Positions 33,578 through 41,044 of a DNA stretch of 44,303 nt are shown here, one piece after another. The notes below the pieces were generated by a model. It was given only the letters and a program-made list of their open reading frames with translations. It ran no database searches and had not been told where the DNA came from. Source of the DNA: a virus; IMG/VR virus record IMGVR_UViG_3300045988_039959, positions 1 through 44,303 of that record; one strand, given 5' to 3'. The number at the start of each line of letters is the position of its first letter. Positions within the stretch are counted from its first letter, which is position 1. A program made the translations under genes and the position numbers.

Positions 33578-34021
33578 ATGCCGATCTATAACGGATACCC
33601 ACAAGTGTATTACCCGCAACAGCCGCAGGGGCAGCTTGAACAGCTCAGGGCAGCACAGTACCAGCCCCAGCCCGTCATGATGCCTACAATGCAGGGGCAG
33701 GCCGCACCGGCTGACAGCGGTTTTATCTGGGTACAGGGTGAAGCGGCAGCTCGGGGCTATCTGGTCGCCAACGGGAGCCGGGTGCTTTTACTGGATGCCG
33801 ATTCCGATACCTTTTACATCAAAGAAGTGGGACAGGACGGCAGGCCGTTCCCTCTCCGCATCTACGACTACAAAGAACGCACCAGCGGCCCCAAAGCGTC
33901 GATCGCTGCCACGCAAGCCGCAGGCGGGGAGTATGTCACCCGCAAGGAGTTCGACGCGCTGGCGGCAAAGCTGGCGGCGTTGGAGAAGCAGGAAGCACCA
34001 GAGCCGGAAAAGGAGAGCTAA
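33578..34021 (+). CDS. Hypothetical protein: Q/P/Y-rich N-terminus, beta-rich core, C-terminal coiled coil
   Basis: 4-nt gap to the upstream gene. Sequence MPIYNGYPQVYYPQQPQGQ... GFIWVQGEAAARGY. Confidence 0.55.
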   Translation: MPIYNGYPQVYYPQQPQGQLEQLRAAQYQPQPVMMPTMQGQAAPADSGFIWVQGEAAARGYLVANGSRVLLLDADSDTFYIKEVGQDGRPFPLRIYDYKERTSGPKASIAATQAAGGEYVTRKEFDALAAKLAALEKQEAPEPEKES

Positions 34022-34024
34022 ACG

Positions 34025-34249
34025 ATGAGCAACAGCTTGTACAACTCGATGGGCCGACAGACCCAGAACCCCATTGGCGGGCAGTTCCAGCAGTTTATGG
34101 GCCAGATGCAGGGAAAGAACCCGCAGGAGATGATAAACCAGATGCTCACCTCCGGCCAGCTCTCACAGCAGCAGCTCAACGCCATTCAGCAGCGGGCGCA
34201 GCAGATCGCGCCGATGCTCAACGGCATGAAAAATATGTTTGGATTCTAA
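34025..34249 (+). CDS. Hypothetical Q-rich 74-aa protein
   Basis: 3-nt gap to the upstream gene. Sequence MSNSLYNSMGRQTQNPIGGQFQQFMGQMQGKNPQEM... Confidence 0.5.
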   Translation: MSNSLYNSMGRQTQNPIGGQFQQFMGQMQGKNPQEMINQMLTSGQLSQQQLNAIQQRAQQIAPMLNGMKNMFGF

Positions 34250-34302
34250 AATGCGGCCGCATTTAGAATAAATTTCAAAATCTAACGTAAAGGAGTAAAA
34301 CT

Positions 34303-35142
34303 ATGTCTCTTTCTTCTGATAGCACGGTTCTGACCATGCCGGTACAGCCCGCCAATGGCTACAGCAACGGCTTCAACGGCTGGGGCGGCGACTGGATGGG
34401 CTGGATCGTCCTCTTCCTGATTTTCGGCATGTTCGGCTGGGGCGGCATGGGCGGCTTTGGCTGGGGCGGCGGCATGGGCGGCGCTTCGACTTATATGACC
34501 AGCGCTGTCACACAGGCAGACCTGCAGCGCGGCTTCGATAACCAGAGTGTCATGAACAAGCTGAACGGGCTGGAAAGCGGCCTGTGTGATGGCTTCTATG
34601 CCATGAACACTGGGATGCTTCAGGGCTTCAACGGCGTGCAGCAGGGCCTGAACGGTGTCACCAACGCCATGCAGCAGGGCTTCAACAGCACCAACGTTGC
34701 GCTGATGCAGGGTCAGAATGCTCTGGCTACACAGCTGGCAGACTGCTGCTGCAAGACCCAGACCGCAATCCAGGGCGTCAACTACAATCTGGCCACTCAG
34801 GAGTGCGACACCCGGAACCAGATGCAGCAGGGCTTCTGCGCAACGCAGAACACCATGAACAACAACGCCCGGGACATCATCGAGAATCAGAACAGCAACA
34901 CCCGCGCGGTGCTCGACTTCCTGACCAATGATAAGATCGCCACCCTGCAGAGCGAGAACGACGAGCTGCGCCGGGCTGCTTCTCAGGATCGCCAGAGCGC
35001 GTTCCTGACCACCGCGATGAACGCGCAGACCAACCAGATCATCGGGACTCTGCAGCAGAAAGCTCCCGTGCCTGCCTATCAGGTGCCTAACCCCAACGCC
35101 ATTTACTATGGCTGTGGGACCGGCTGCGGCAGCTGCGCCTAA
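34303..35142 (+). CDS. Hypothetical membrane protein: G/W-rich TM segment, Q/N-rich repeats, Cys-rich tail
   Basis: AAGGAG upstream. Contains GWGGDWMGWIVLFLIFGMFGWGGMGGFGWGGGMGG, QQGFN-type repeats, CCC, and a C-terminal YYGCGTGCGSCA. Confidence 0.6.
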   Translation: MSLSSDSTVLTMPVQPANGYSNGFNGWGGDWMGWIVLFLIFGMFGWGGMGGFGWGGGMGGASTYMTSAVTQADLQRGFDNQSVMNKLNGLESGLCDGFYAMNTGMLQGFNGVQQGLNGVTNAMQQGFNSTNVALMQGQNALATQLADCCCKTQTAIQGVNYNLATQECDTRNQMQQGFCATQNTMNNNARDIIENQNSNTRAVLDFLTNDKIATLQSENDELRRAASQDRQSAFLTTAMNAQTNQIIGTLQQKAPVPAYQVPNPNAIYYGCGTGCGSCA

Positions 35143-35209
35143 CCAAATAACGGCAACTGACTACAATTTGTAGTCTGTTCAGCCCCTGAGCTGATTTTGC
35201 AAACCAGAG

Positions 35210-35236
35210 CGCCGGGGCAAAAGTCCCGGCGTTTTT
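35210..35236 (+). terminator. Intrinsic terminator
   Basis: cgccggg gcaaaagt cccggcg followed by ttttt. Confidence 0.7.
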
Positions 35237-35257
35237 ATTATGAAAGGAGCCGATAAA

Positions 35258-35683
35258 ATGGCTGAATTTACATCTGTCGCAACCCAGACTGTGGCAGTTG
35301 GGCAGAACCTTCCCCTCACCGAGACTGCGGCGAAAGCGCCTGCGTGCATTGTGCACCGTGCTGGCAGCGGCCTTGTGACGCTGCGCGGCCTAACAAGCGG
35401 GCAGTGCCGGGCCCGCTTCAAGGTGAGCTTTGGCGGAAATATCGCCATTCCCACCGGCGGCACCGTGGGGCCCGTTTCCGTGGCGCTGTCTGTCGGCGGT
35501 GAGGCACTCAATAGCGCGACCGCCATTGTCACACCTGCTGCAGTCGAAAACTACTTCAATGTTTTTGTGGCAGCGTTCATCGAGGTGCCGCGCGGCTGCT
35601 GCGTGACTGTGGCAGTTAAGAACACCAGCGCGCAGGCGGTCAGCATTGCAAACAGCAACCTGATCGTTGAGCGGGTAGCATAA
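35258..35683 (+). CDS. Hypothetical beta-rich 141-aa protein (possibly a BclA-C / C1q-TNF-like jelly-roll; unverified)
   Basis: AAAGGAG then ATG 35258. Alternating beta pattern with a CC pair (VPRGCCVTVAVKNTS). The resemblance is from memory only. Confidence 0.5.
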   Translation: MAEFTSVATQTVAVGQNLPLTETAAKAPACIVHRAGSGLVTLRGLTSGQCRARFKVSFGGNIAIPTGGTVGPVSVALSVGGEALNSATAIVTPAAVENYFNVFVAAFIEVPRGCCVTVAVKNTSAQAVSIANSNLIVERVA

Positions 35684-35699
35684 GAAAGGAGATAAAGCC

Positions 35700-36101
35700 A
35701 TGCTGGATAAACTGAACCATCTGAAAGATGAAATGTGCGACGAGCTTATGGAGCTGACCGACAAAAAGAACCGTTCCCCGGGCGATGTTGAGATGATCGG
35801 CGAGATCGTGGACATCATTCTGGACATCCACCGCATTGCGGACTACTGCGAGGGCGGCGAGTACAGCCGAACAGGCGAGTGGGAAGCTGACATGCGCGGG
35901 ACTTTTGGCCACGATGCCGGAAACGGTTACAACCGGGGGAACAGCTATGCCAACCGTGGCCGTCACTATGTGCGCGGTCACTACTCCCGCACGGATGGCC
36001 GTGAGCGCATGATCTCTGACATCGAGGACATGATGCAGGAAGCCACCGGCGCAGAGCGCGATGCATACAAGCGGGCCGCTGACATCTTGCGCAACGCATA
36101 A
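35700..36101 (+). CDS. Hypothetical protein with helical ends and a G/R/Y/N-rich centre
   Basis: AAGGAG upstream. Sequence MLDKLNHLKDEM...GNGYNRGNSYANRGRHYVRGHYSRTDGRE... Confidence 0.55.
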   Translation: MLDKLNHLKDEMCDELMELTDKKNRSPGDVEMIGEIVDIILDIHRIADYCEGGEYSRTGEWEADMRGTFGHDAGNGYNRGNSYANRGRHYVRGHYSRTDGRERMISDIEDMMQEATGAERDAYKRAADILRNA

Positions 36102-36118
36102 GAAAGTGGGCGGCAGGC

Positions 36119-36445
36119 ATGGACATTGACGAGATCAATGAGCACATCCGCAAGCTCAAGTGCGAGGAAACCAGCTGGCAGAGTGTCAACAAACTTGCCG
36201 CTCTCTGCACTGTGCGCGATGAGCTGGAAGAAAAGCAGCGGCCGGACCCGCAGTCCGTGGCCGTGCAAAAGACGGAGGTGCCAGCGTACTCTACAGCACC
36301 TGATCCGCAAAGCGACTTTGTGGCAGCCGCCAGCTCTGTTCCTTTTGGCGGTCTGATGCAGGTGCTTGACGAGCACATGAAGGCAATAAAGCTGGTGTAC
36401 CCAAAAGAGTATGAGCTCGTAATGCGAAAGATAAGCGACTTGTAA
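36119..36445 (+). CDS. Hypothetical protein (108 aa)
   Basis: ATG after GGGCGGCAGGC (weak RBS). Coding-like composition. Confidence 0.45.
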   Translation: MDIDEINEHIRKLKCEETSWQSVNKLAALCTVRDELEEKQRPDPQSVAVQKTEVPAYSTAPDPQSDFVAAASSVPFGGLMQVLDEHMKAIKLVYPKEYELVMRKISDL

Positions 36446-36555
36446 AAAGACATAGAATGTGCTATTTTTACATAAGCTTCAGCGTTTTGGCACGGGATGC
36501 ATAATCTAGCAGAAAGCTAACAAATTGATAATTATTCACGTTAAAACGATAAATA

Positions 36556-36607
36556 AATTTGATTTGTAATCAGTGGGTTGCAGGTTCAACTCCTGTCACC
36601 AGCTCCA
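36556..36607 (+). other. attP core: 3' portion of a tRNA-Thr(UGU) gene (anticodon loop to CCA)
   Basis: gatttgtaatcagtgggttgcaggttcaactcctgtcaccagctcca gives a TGT anticodon loop, a T arm (gcagg-ttcaact-cctgt), an acceptor 3' strand plus CCA, but no 5' half. Lies about 110 nt from the integrase gene. Confidence 0.65.
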
Positions 36608-36612
36608 AAAAT

Positions 36613-36658
36613 AAGCGTATAGGCGATAAAAACAAGTCGCCTATACGCTTTTCTTTTT
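36613..36658. terminator. Bidirectional intrinsic terminator
   Basis: 14-bp stem aagcgtataggcga/tcgcctatacgctt, flanked by an A run upstream and a T run downstream. Confidence 0.75.
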
Positions 36659-36717
36659 GTTGAAACCGTGCAAAAACACCTGAAAACGTGTGATAACCTA
36701 ACAAACAATCTAACAAG

Positions 36718-37851
36718 TCAGTACTTCATCTTCTGCATTTCCCGCAACAAATATGTCGGGTCGTTGTGTGACACGTACTTGTTTGCCGTGGTGGAGAAAT
36801 TCTTGTGACCGAGGATTGCCTGCACAGCGGTTTTTTCCAGACCGCACTCCACCATTTTACTGCTGGCCGTATGACGCAGCGTATGCGGGTGCACCCCCTC
36901 TATATGGCATTCCTGCATCAACGCCCGGAACTTTGTAGCCACGTTGCGCTTATCCAGCTTTGTGCCAGCCTTGGATGGAATCAGCCACTCACAGCCGCTG
37001 TCAAGCATCCAGAAGGCAATGATTTTGTAAATGGGGTCCAAAATAGGGATAATGCGGTTCTTGCCCGCTTCTGTCTTTTCACCGCCCTGCATGTACCGCT
37101 CTTTCAGATGCACATCCTCGCAGCGCATGGAAAGCAGCTCGTCGATGCGCATGCCGGTATAAAGCAGTACCATTGCGATTTGCGCCGTCTGCCCAAACCT
37201 CGGGTCGTCTTGTCGGCTGCTGATCTGCTCGATCTCTTGGGCGGTCAGGGTGCGCTCCGCTTTTCCTGTAGCCGCCGGGAGCTGCAGTAGCATGGCATAA
37301 TTTTTGTTTATGATGTCCTGCGCCATTGCCCACTCGCAGATCTGGCTAAAAAGCGTGCGCTGTTTTTCACAGGAGCTTCGGGAGAGCCCCTTTTCCACCA
37401 TTGCGTCAATGACCTGTTGATAATCTGCCGCTTTCAAGTCCCGCAGCTGTCGGTCGTATAGCGGCGCAGCCTTTGCATAGGCCAGCTCGTACCCCTTTTG
37501 CATGTCCGTGCTGAGCTTGTCAAATTTGGGTTGCGCTTTCCATTGGGCATAGGCATCCGCAAAGGTGCATTTCAGACGCGCTGCGGGGGTGTTCTGGGCG
37601 TTGTAAGCGTCCAGTGCTTGTACGGCTTCGCCTGCTGTTTCAAACGTGCCCAAAACATCCCTGCAGGCTGTAAGCGCCACATACGGTCTTGCCCGCGTTC
37701 CGCTCAACTTATACACGCTGCCGCTGCCCTTGGGACGGCGGCGCTTTTTTCTTTGCTGCGGGGCAGCTTCCGGCTGCTTCTTCCCGCACCACGGGCAAAA
37801 AGAAGCACCATCCGGGATCTCTTTCCGGCAGCATGGTCTCACGCATTTCAT
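36718..37851 (-). CDS. int: Tyrosine integrase with N-terminal zinc-ribbon
   Basis: C-terminal HTLRHTASS...LGHKNFSTTANKYVH motifs (R..HxxR..Y). N-terminal CCRKEIPDGASFCPWCG. Confidence 0.9.
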   Translation of the reverse strand: MKCVRPCCRKEIPDGASFCPWCGKKQPEAAPQQRKKRRRPKGSGSVYKLSGTRARPYVALTACRDVLGTFETAGEAVQALDAYNAQNTPAARLKCTFADAYAQWKAQPKFDKLSTDMQKGYELAYAKAAPLYDRQLRDLKAADYQQVIDAMVEKGLSRSSCEKQRTLFSQICEWAMAQDIINKNYAMLLQLPAATGKAERTLTAQEIEQISSRQDDPRFGQTAQIAMVLLYTGMRIDELLSMRCEDVHLKERYMQGGEKTEAGKNRIIPILDPIYKIIAFWMLDSGCEWLIPSKAGTKLDKRNVATKFRALMQECHIEGVHPHTLRHTASSKMVECGLEKTAVQAILGHKNFSTTANKYVSHNDPTYLLREMQKMKY

Positions 37852-37854
37852 GGC

Positions 37855-38442
37855 TTACTCCTTTTTCTGCCCGATATATCCGAAGGCACCATTTTCAGCA
37901 GCGGCCCTTCCGGCCTTGTAGTTGATTTTCAGGTCGTCAATGGGAGGATGCGGAGCGTCCGGGCATGGGTCTAGGCCCATGCTCTGGGCAAAGCTGTATT
38001 GGTCTATGATGGTCCCGCACACGCTGACCCGGTTGTTGAGTGGGCAGTGCAGGTTTGCTGCCATCTCGGAGATCACCGCAGGCGGACTGCTACCGTGTCG
38101 GCCCTTCAGAATGAAAAGCAGCAGTCGCTTCGTGATGGGCGGCAGAGCCCTCATCAGCAGATGCAGCTCCCAATCTACAGAATCTTCCAGCCTTTCGCTG
38201 TCGGAAACCGCATACAGATCTGGGTGCAGCATCTCCATAAACACGGTGATGGGGGACACCCCACATGCTGTGCACCAATCCATGACCTCGTCACTGTCCG
38301 GGCTGGTGCAGCCTTTTTCCCAGCTCTGTACCGTCCTCTCACCCTTCTCGATGAGCCTTGCGATCTCCACTTGGCTCAGGCCGGCAGATACCCTGGCCTT
38401 TGCAAGCGCTTTTCCAATCTGGGTTGCCGTAAAATAACTCAT
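37855..38442 (-). CDS. HTH (XRE-type) regulator with an uncharacterised C-terminal domain, co-oriented with int
   Basis: ATG 38442. HTH reads LSQVEIARLIEKGERTVQSWEKG. A 3-nt gap separates it from int. Confidence 0.7.
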   Translation of the reverse strand: MSYFTATQIGKALAKARVSAGLSQVEIARLIEKGERTVQSWEKGCTSPDSDEVMDWCTACGVSPITVFMEMLHPDLYAVSDSERLEDSVDWELHLLMRALPPITKRLLLFILKGRHGSSPPAVISEMAANLHCPLNNRVSVCGTIIDQYSFAQSMGLDPCPDAPHPPIDDLKINYKAGRAAAENGAFGYIGQKKE

Positions 38443-38480
38443 ACTTTTGCCCCCGTAAAACCAACGTGTTTTTAACAGAA

Positions 38481-38507
38481 AATGGCGCAGAAAAAATCTG
38501 CGCCATT
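38481..38507. promoter_or_regulatory. Operator-like palindrome in the divergent intergenic region
   Basis: aatggcgcaga-aaaaa-tctgcgccatt (11-bp arms). A third GGCGCA half-site lies at 38539..38546. Confidence 0.5.
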
Positions 38508-38545
38508 CGACAAAAAATATCCGTATTTTGTTTTCCAACGGCGCA

Positions 38546-38554
38546 TGGTAGAAT
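38546..38554 (+). promoter_or_regulatory. Extended -10 promoter (TGgTAGAAT) for 38601..38938
   Basis: tgg tagaat at 38546..38554. Confidence 0.4.
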
Positions 38555-38600
38555 TTGGAACATAAGACATAAATGTGCACAAAAGAAAGGGGAAAACAAA

Positions 38601-38711
38601 ATGGATTTTGAGCAAAGAAACGGTAAAGAAACCGAAATGACCATCATCGACGGTATGCCTGCCACCGTTTTGAACGGAACCGACCGCACACCACAGCCTT
38701 GGGAGGACTGA
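38601..38711 (+). CDS. Candidate 36-aa protein
   Basis: AAAGGGGA upstream of ATG 38601. Confidence 0.35.
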   Translation: MDFEQRNGKETEMTIIDGMPATVLNGTDRTPQPWED

Positions 38712-38713
38712 CT

Positions 38714-38938
38714 ATGGAGAAGATGAGCCACTTTTGCACGCACATCCGCGCCGCGCTTGCCTGCTACGTTGATATGACTCCGGAGCAGCAAGCCCTTGCC
38801 ACCATGTACGCCGCCCGCAAGATCAATACACTGCACGCATTACATATGACAGCCAAAACGCCCGGCGGCGCAGAGACCGGAGCAGGGGAGTTGTTGCAAA
38901 AAATGCAACAACTCGATGCAACCTATCAAAAAGAGTGA
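38714..38938 (+). CDS. Hypothetical protein (74 aa)
   Basis: GGGAGG 7 nt upstream of ATG 38714. Confidence 0.5.
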   Translation: MEKMSHFCTHIRAALACYVDMTPEQQALATMYAARKINTLHALHMTAKTPGGAETGAGELLQKMQQLDATYQKE

Positions 38939-38950
38939 TGGGCAAACCCA

Positions 38951-38979
38951 TTGACTGCGACAACACACGGTTGTATAAT
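38951..38979 (+). promoter_or_regulatory. Consensus sigma-70 promoter reading antisense into ltp
   Basis: TTGACT, 17 nt, TATAAT. Located in the 64-nt gap between convergent genes. Confidence 0.6.
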
Positions 38980-39002
38980 GCGGTTGTAAATAAGTTTACA
39001 CA

Positions 39003-39572
39003 TCAATATCCAACAGCAGTGACACCGTATTCTGCCTGGCTTTGGCTAAATCCCTCAAACTCTAGCTGTTCAATCAGACCGGAGCGAGAGAAGGACATGG
39101 AATTGATATAATTTTTTGCTCTTATCGCAGCCTGTTCGTTCCAGTCGGCGCCACAATGATCTACGGCATAAGTAGCATCTTCCGTGGAATATCCTTCATA
39201 CTCAAGCTGGCCTTCAAGGCTGCTGTAAGAGAATCCCATACCAGCACTCAGGTAGTTTTCGGCAGACCGCAAAGCGTTTCTCTGCCCCATTGTAAGGCTA
39301 TCATCGGCAGAAATTGACGATTTTATGGACGTGCTGCTCTTTGTTCCGGACGCTGAACTTGTCGTGCCGGAAGAAGGGGTGATCATCATAACGAACACGA
39401 TCAGCGCAACACTAACAGCGACCGCACATCCGCATCCGTGACCTTTTTTCTTCTTTTCAGGTTTTTCGTCCGATTCGATAGCTGCTGTCACGGAACCCGA
39501 AGCAACAGGTGCTCCACATTCAGGGCAGAATTTCACGTTCTCAATTTCAGCTCCGCATTTTGGACATTTCAT
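39003..39572 (-). CDS. ltp: Ltp-family superinfection-exclusion-type protein (zinc-ribbon, TM, S/T linker, two Ltp repeats)
   Basis: ATG 39572. CPKCGAEIENVKFCPECG, then TM AVAVSVALIVFVMMI. Repeats GQRNALRSAENYL....FSYSSLEGQLEYEGYSTEDATYAVDH and NEQAAIRAKNYINSMSFSRSGLIEQLEFEGFSQSQAEYGV. Confidence 0.8.
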   Translation of the reverse strand: MKCPKCGAEIENVKFCPECGAPVASGSVTAAIESDEKPEKKKKGHGCGCAVAVSVALIVFVMMITPSSGTTSSASGTKSSTSIKSSISADDSLTMGQRNALRSAENYLSAGMGFSYSSLEGQLEYEGYSTEDATYAVDHCGADWNEQAAIRAKNYINSMSFSRSGLIEQLEFEGFSQSQAEYGVTAVGY

Positions 39573-39662
39573 AAAACGCACCTCACATATACAAAAATGA
39601 GCAGCCAACCAGCTGCCATAAAACAAAATTATCAAAGAGCTTTGCCAAAGGAGGAAAATAAA

Positions 39663-39794
39663 GTGCAAGAAAATAGCACAAAATTGATGAAAGAAACCAC
39701 GGAATGTGTTATACTTGAGAAAATCAAGATTGCACTTTCCCTTGGTATCGACGTGGATAAACTCTTAAAGGAGGCAACGCAAAATGTCGAATAA
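39663..39794 (+). CDS. Candidate 43-aa protein
   Basis: GTG 39663 after AAGGAGG. AT-rich region. Confidence 0.35.
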   Translation: MQENSTKLMKETTECVILEKIKIALSLGIDVDKLLKEATQNVE

Positions 39795-40161
39795 TGTGCT
39801 TCTTTTCATCATCGCCGTGTTTGTTATCGCAATGTTTGCGATTCTCGCTTACGAGTTCCTTAATCTCAATGACTTTGCACTTTTTCGGTCTAATCCCAAA
39901 CAGGAGCCGGAGCAAAAGTGCGTCGGCATCCCTTTAGAGTACCTTAAAACAGAAGTCACTTATAAAGGTGTTACCCTTGCAGACCTTCTGGAATTGTGCC
40001 CCACTGAGCATTTCCGCATCAAAGACGGCCTTGGCGGATACTTATCAATAACCCTTGGCGGCGATGATACAATAGCACCGCGCAAATACAAGGGGATATA
40101 CGTTACCAGCCTCGACCCTTGTTCCTATGAGCTGGAAGTTTCAGACTCTTCGCTCCTTTGA
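39784..40161 (+). CDS. Hypothetical membrane-anchored protein (125 aa), AT-rich
   Basis: N-terminal TM VLLFIIAVFVIAMFAILAY. The 3' end overlaps the convergent gene 40125..40502 by 37 nt. Confidence 0.5.
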   Translation: MSNNVLLFIIAVFVIAMFAILAYEFLNLNDFALFRSNPKQEPEQKCVGIPLEYLKTEVTYKGVTLADLLELCPTEHFRIKDGLGGYLSITLGGDDTIAPRKYKGIYVTSLDPCSYELEVSDSSLL

Positions 40162-40502
40162 GAGAGAAGAAGGGTCAGCAGAGCGGAGATGACCGCAATC
40201 GAAGCACTTTGAAAGAACTGCTTCCGCGAGATTCTCCGCTCTCTTTGTTGTTTAAGGAAGTACGTCCGTCCCTTGGCGGTCAGAATCATGCACGGCACTA
40301 CGACGGCGCCGTTTTCTTTCTGTTGGACTTTGCGTTGCATCTCGACAAGGCCATCCGAAACCAGCAGGTCTGCAAGAACCGGAGCGTCCGCTTTGAACTT
40401 TTCCGCAAAGACGGGAGTCGGCGTGTCCGGCGCTGTCGGGCACTTTTCGTAAATCTCAAGAAGAAAATCAAGTGCTTCCTCTTCCCTCTTCAAATCAACC
40501 AT
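40125..40502 (-). CDS. Hypothetical protein with C-terminal TM, co-transcribed with the CI-like repressor
   Basis: ATG 40502 overlaps the repressor gene stop by 8 nt. C-terminal TM SASIAVISALLTLLL. Confidence 0.55.
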   Translation of the reverse strand: MVDLKREEEALDFLLEIYEKCPTAPDTPTPVFAEKFKADAPVLADLLVSDGLVEMQRKVQQKENGAVVVPCMILTAKGRTYFLKQQRERRISRKQFFQSASIAVISALLTLLLSQRSEESETSSS

Positions 40503-40845
40503 TTTTCTCCAGCTTCTCAGCAATTGCGGCATCCAGCATTTTATTAAATAGTGCACGTGTAGATTCATCCAGCTGCATGAACTTCTCCGCAAAAGCCTTT
40601 GCTTCCACGTCCAGCCTACTCCCTTCACCGGGGGTGGGCTTTTCTTTTTGCTCCTCGCCGGTCAAGTCCTCCCGTGCAACGCCAAAATAGACAGCTAACT
40701 TTTCTAACGTCACTTCTGAGGGCTTCTTTCCTTTTTTCCATCCAGTTGCTGCCGCATTGGAAAGACCTATTTTTTTCGACACGGCAGTTGGAGATTCTTG
40801 TCGAGCAGCACACAGCTTCAAATAGTTTTCGTAAAAAATGCTCAT
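40495..40845 (-). CDS. CI-like XRE-family repressor
   Basis: ATG 40845. HTH reads PTAVSKKIGLSNAAATGWKKGKKP. Divergent from the consensus promoter with operators. Confidence 0.75.
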   Translation of the reverse strand: MSIFYENYLKLCAARQESPTAVSKKIGLSNAAATGWKKGKKPSEVTLEKLAVYFGVAREDLTGEEQKEKPTPGEGSRLDVEAKAFAEKFMQLDESTRALFNKMLDAAIAEKLEKNG

Positions 40846-40877
40846 AACAGCACTCCGTTTCTGTGCATATCCACGAA

Positions 40878-40930
40878 AGCTAGTAAAGTTAGTAAAAAAT
40901 GTTGACAACTAACTTTGCTAGCTGTATAAT
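40878..40930 (+). promoter_or_regulatory. Consensus early promoter (PR-like) bracketed by 16-bp inverted-repeat operators
   Basis: TTGACA (40902..40907), 17 nt, TATAAT (40925..40930). Inverted repeat agctagtaaagttagt (40878..40893) and actaactttgctagct (40908..40923), 15 of 16 complementary. Confidence 0.75.
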
Positions 40931-41015
40931 GCTCTTGTCAGTTGAAATAGTTAACAAAACACAAAGCCCCGGCGGGAACCCGCCTAAGCTATTTTTACTT
41001 GTATTCTGCAATTAC

Positions 41016-41044
41016 ATAGTAGCACACTTTGTAAACTTTTTCAA
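41016..41044 (-). promoter_or_regulatory. Minus-strand promoter facing the PR-like promoter (candidate repressor promoter)
   Basis: On the minus strand: TTGAAA, 17 nt, (TGc)TACTAT extended -10. Confidence 0.5.

Noticed and set aside
34025-34084. Double-glycine bacteriocin leader in the 74-aa Q-rich peptide (MSNSLYNSMGRQTQNPIGG).
   Set aside because: Apart from the terminal GG it lacks the conserved hydrophobic/acidic leader pattern, and no ABC transporter is present. It is kept only as a weak speculation inside the operon finding.
36450-36720. Integrase arm-type repeats (aacaa-rich motifs around the attP core).
   Set aside because: Only short, degenerate AT-rich repeats are visible. Arm sites cannot be defined without comparative or binding data.
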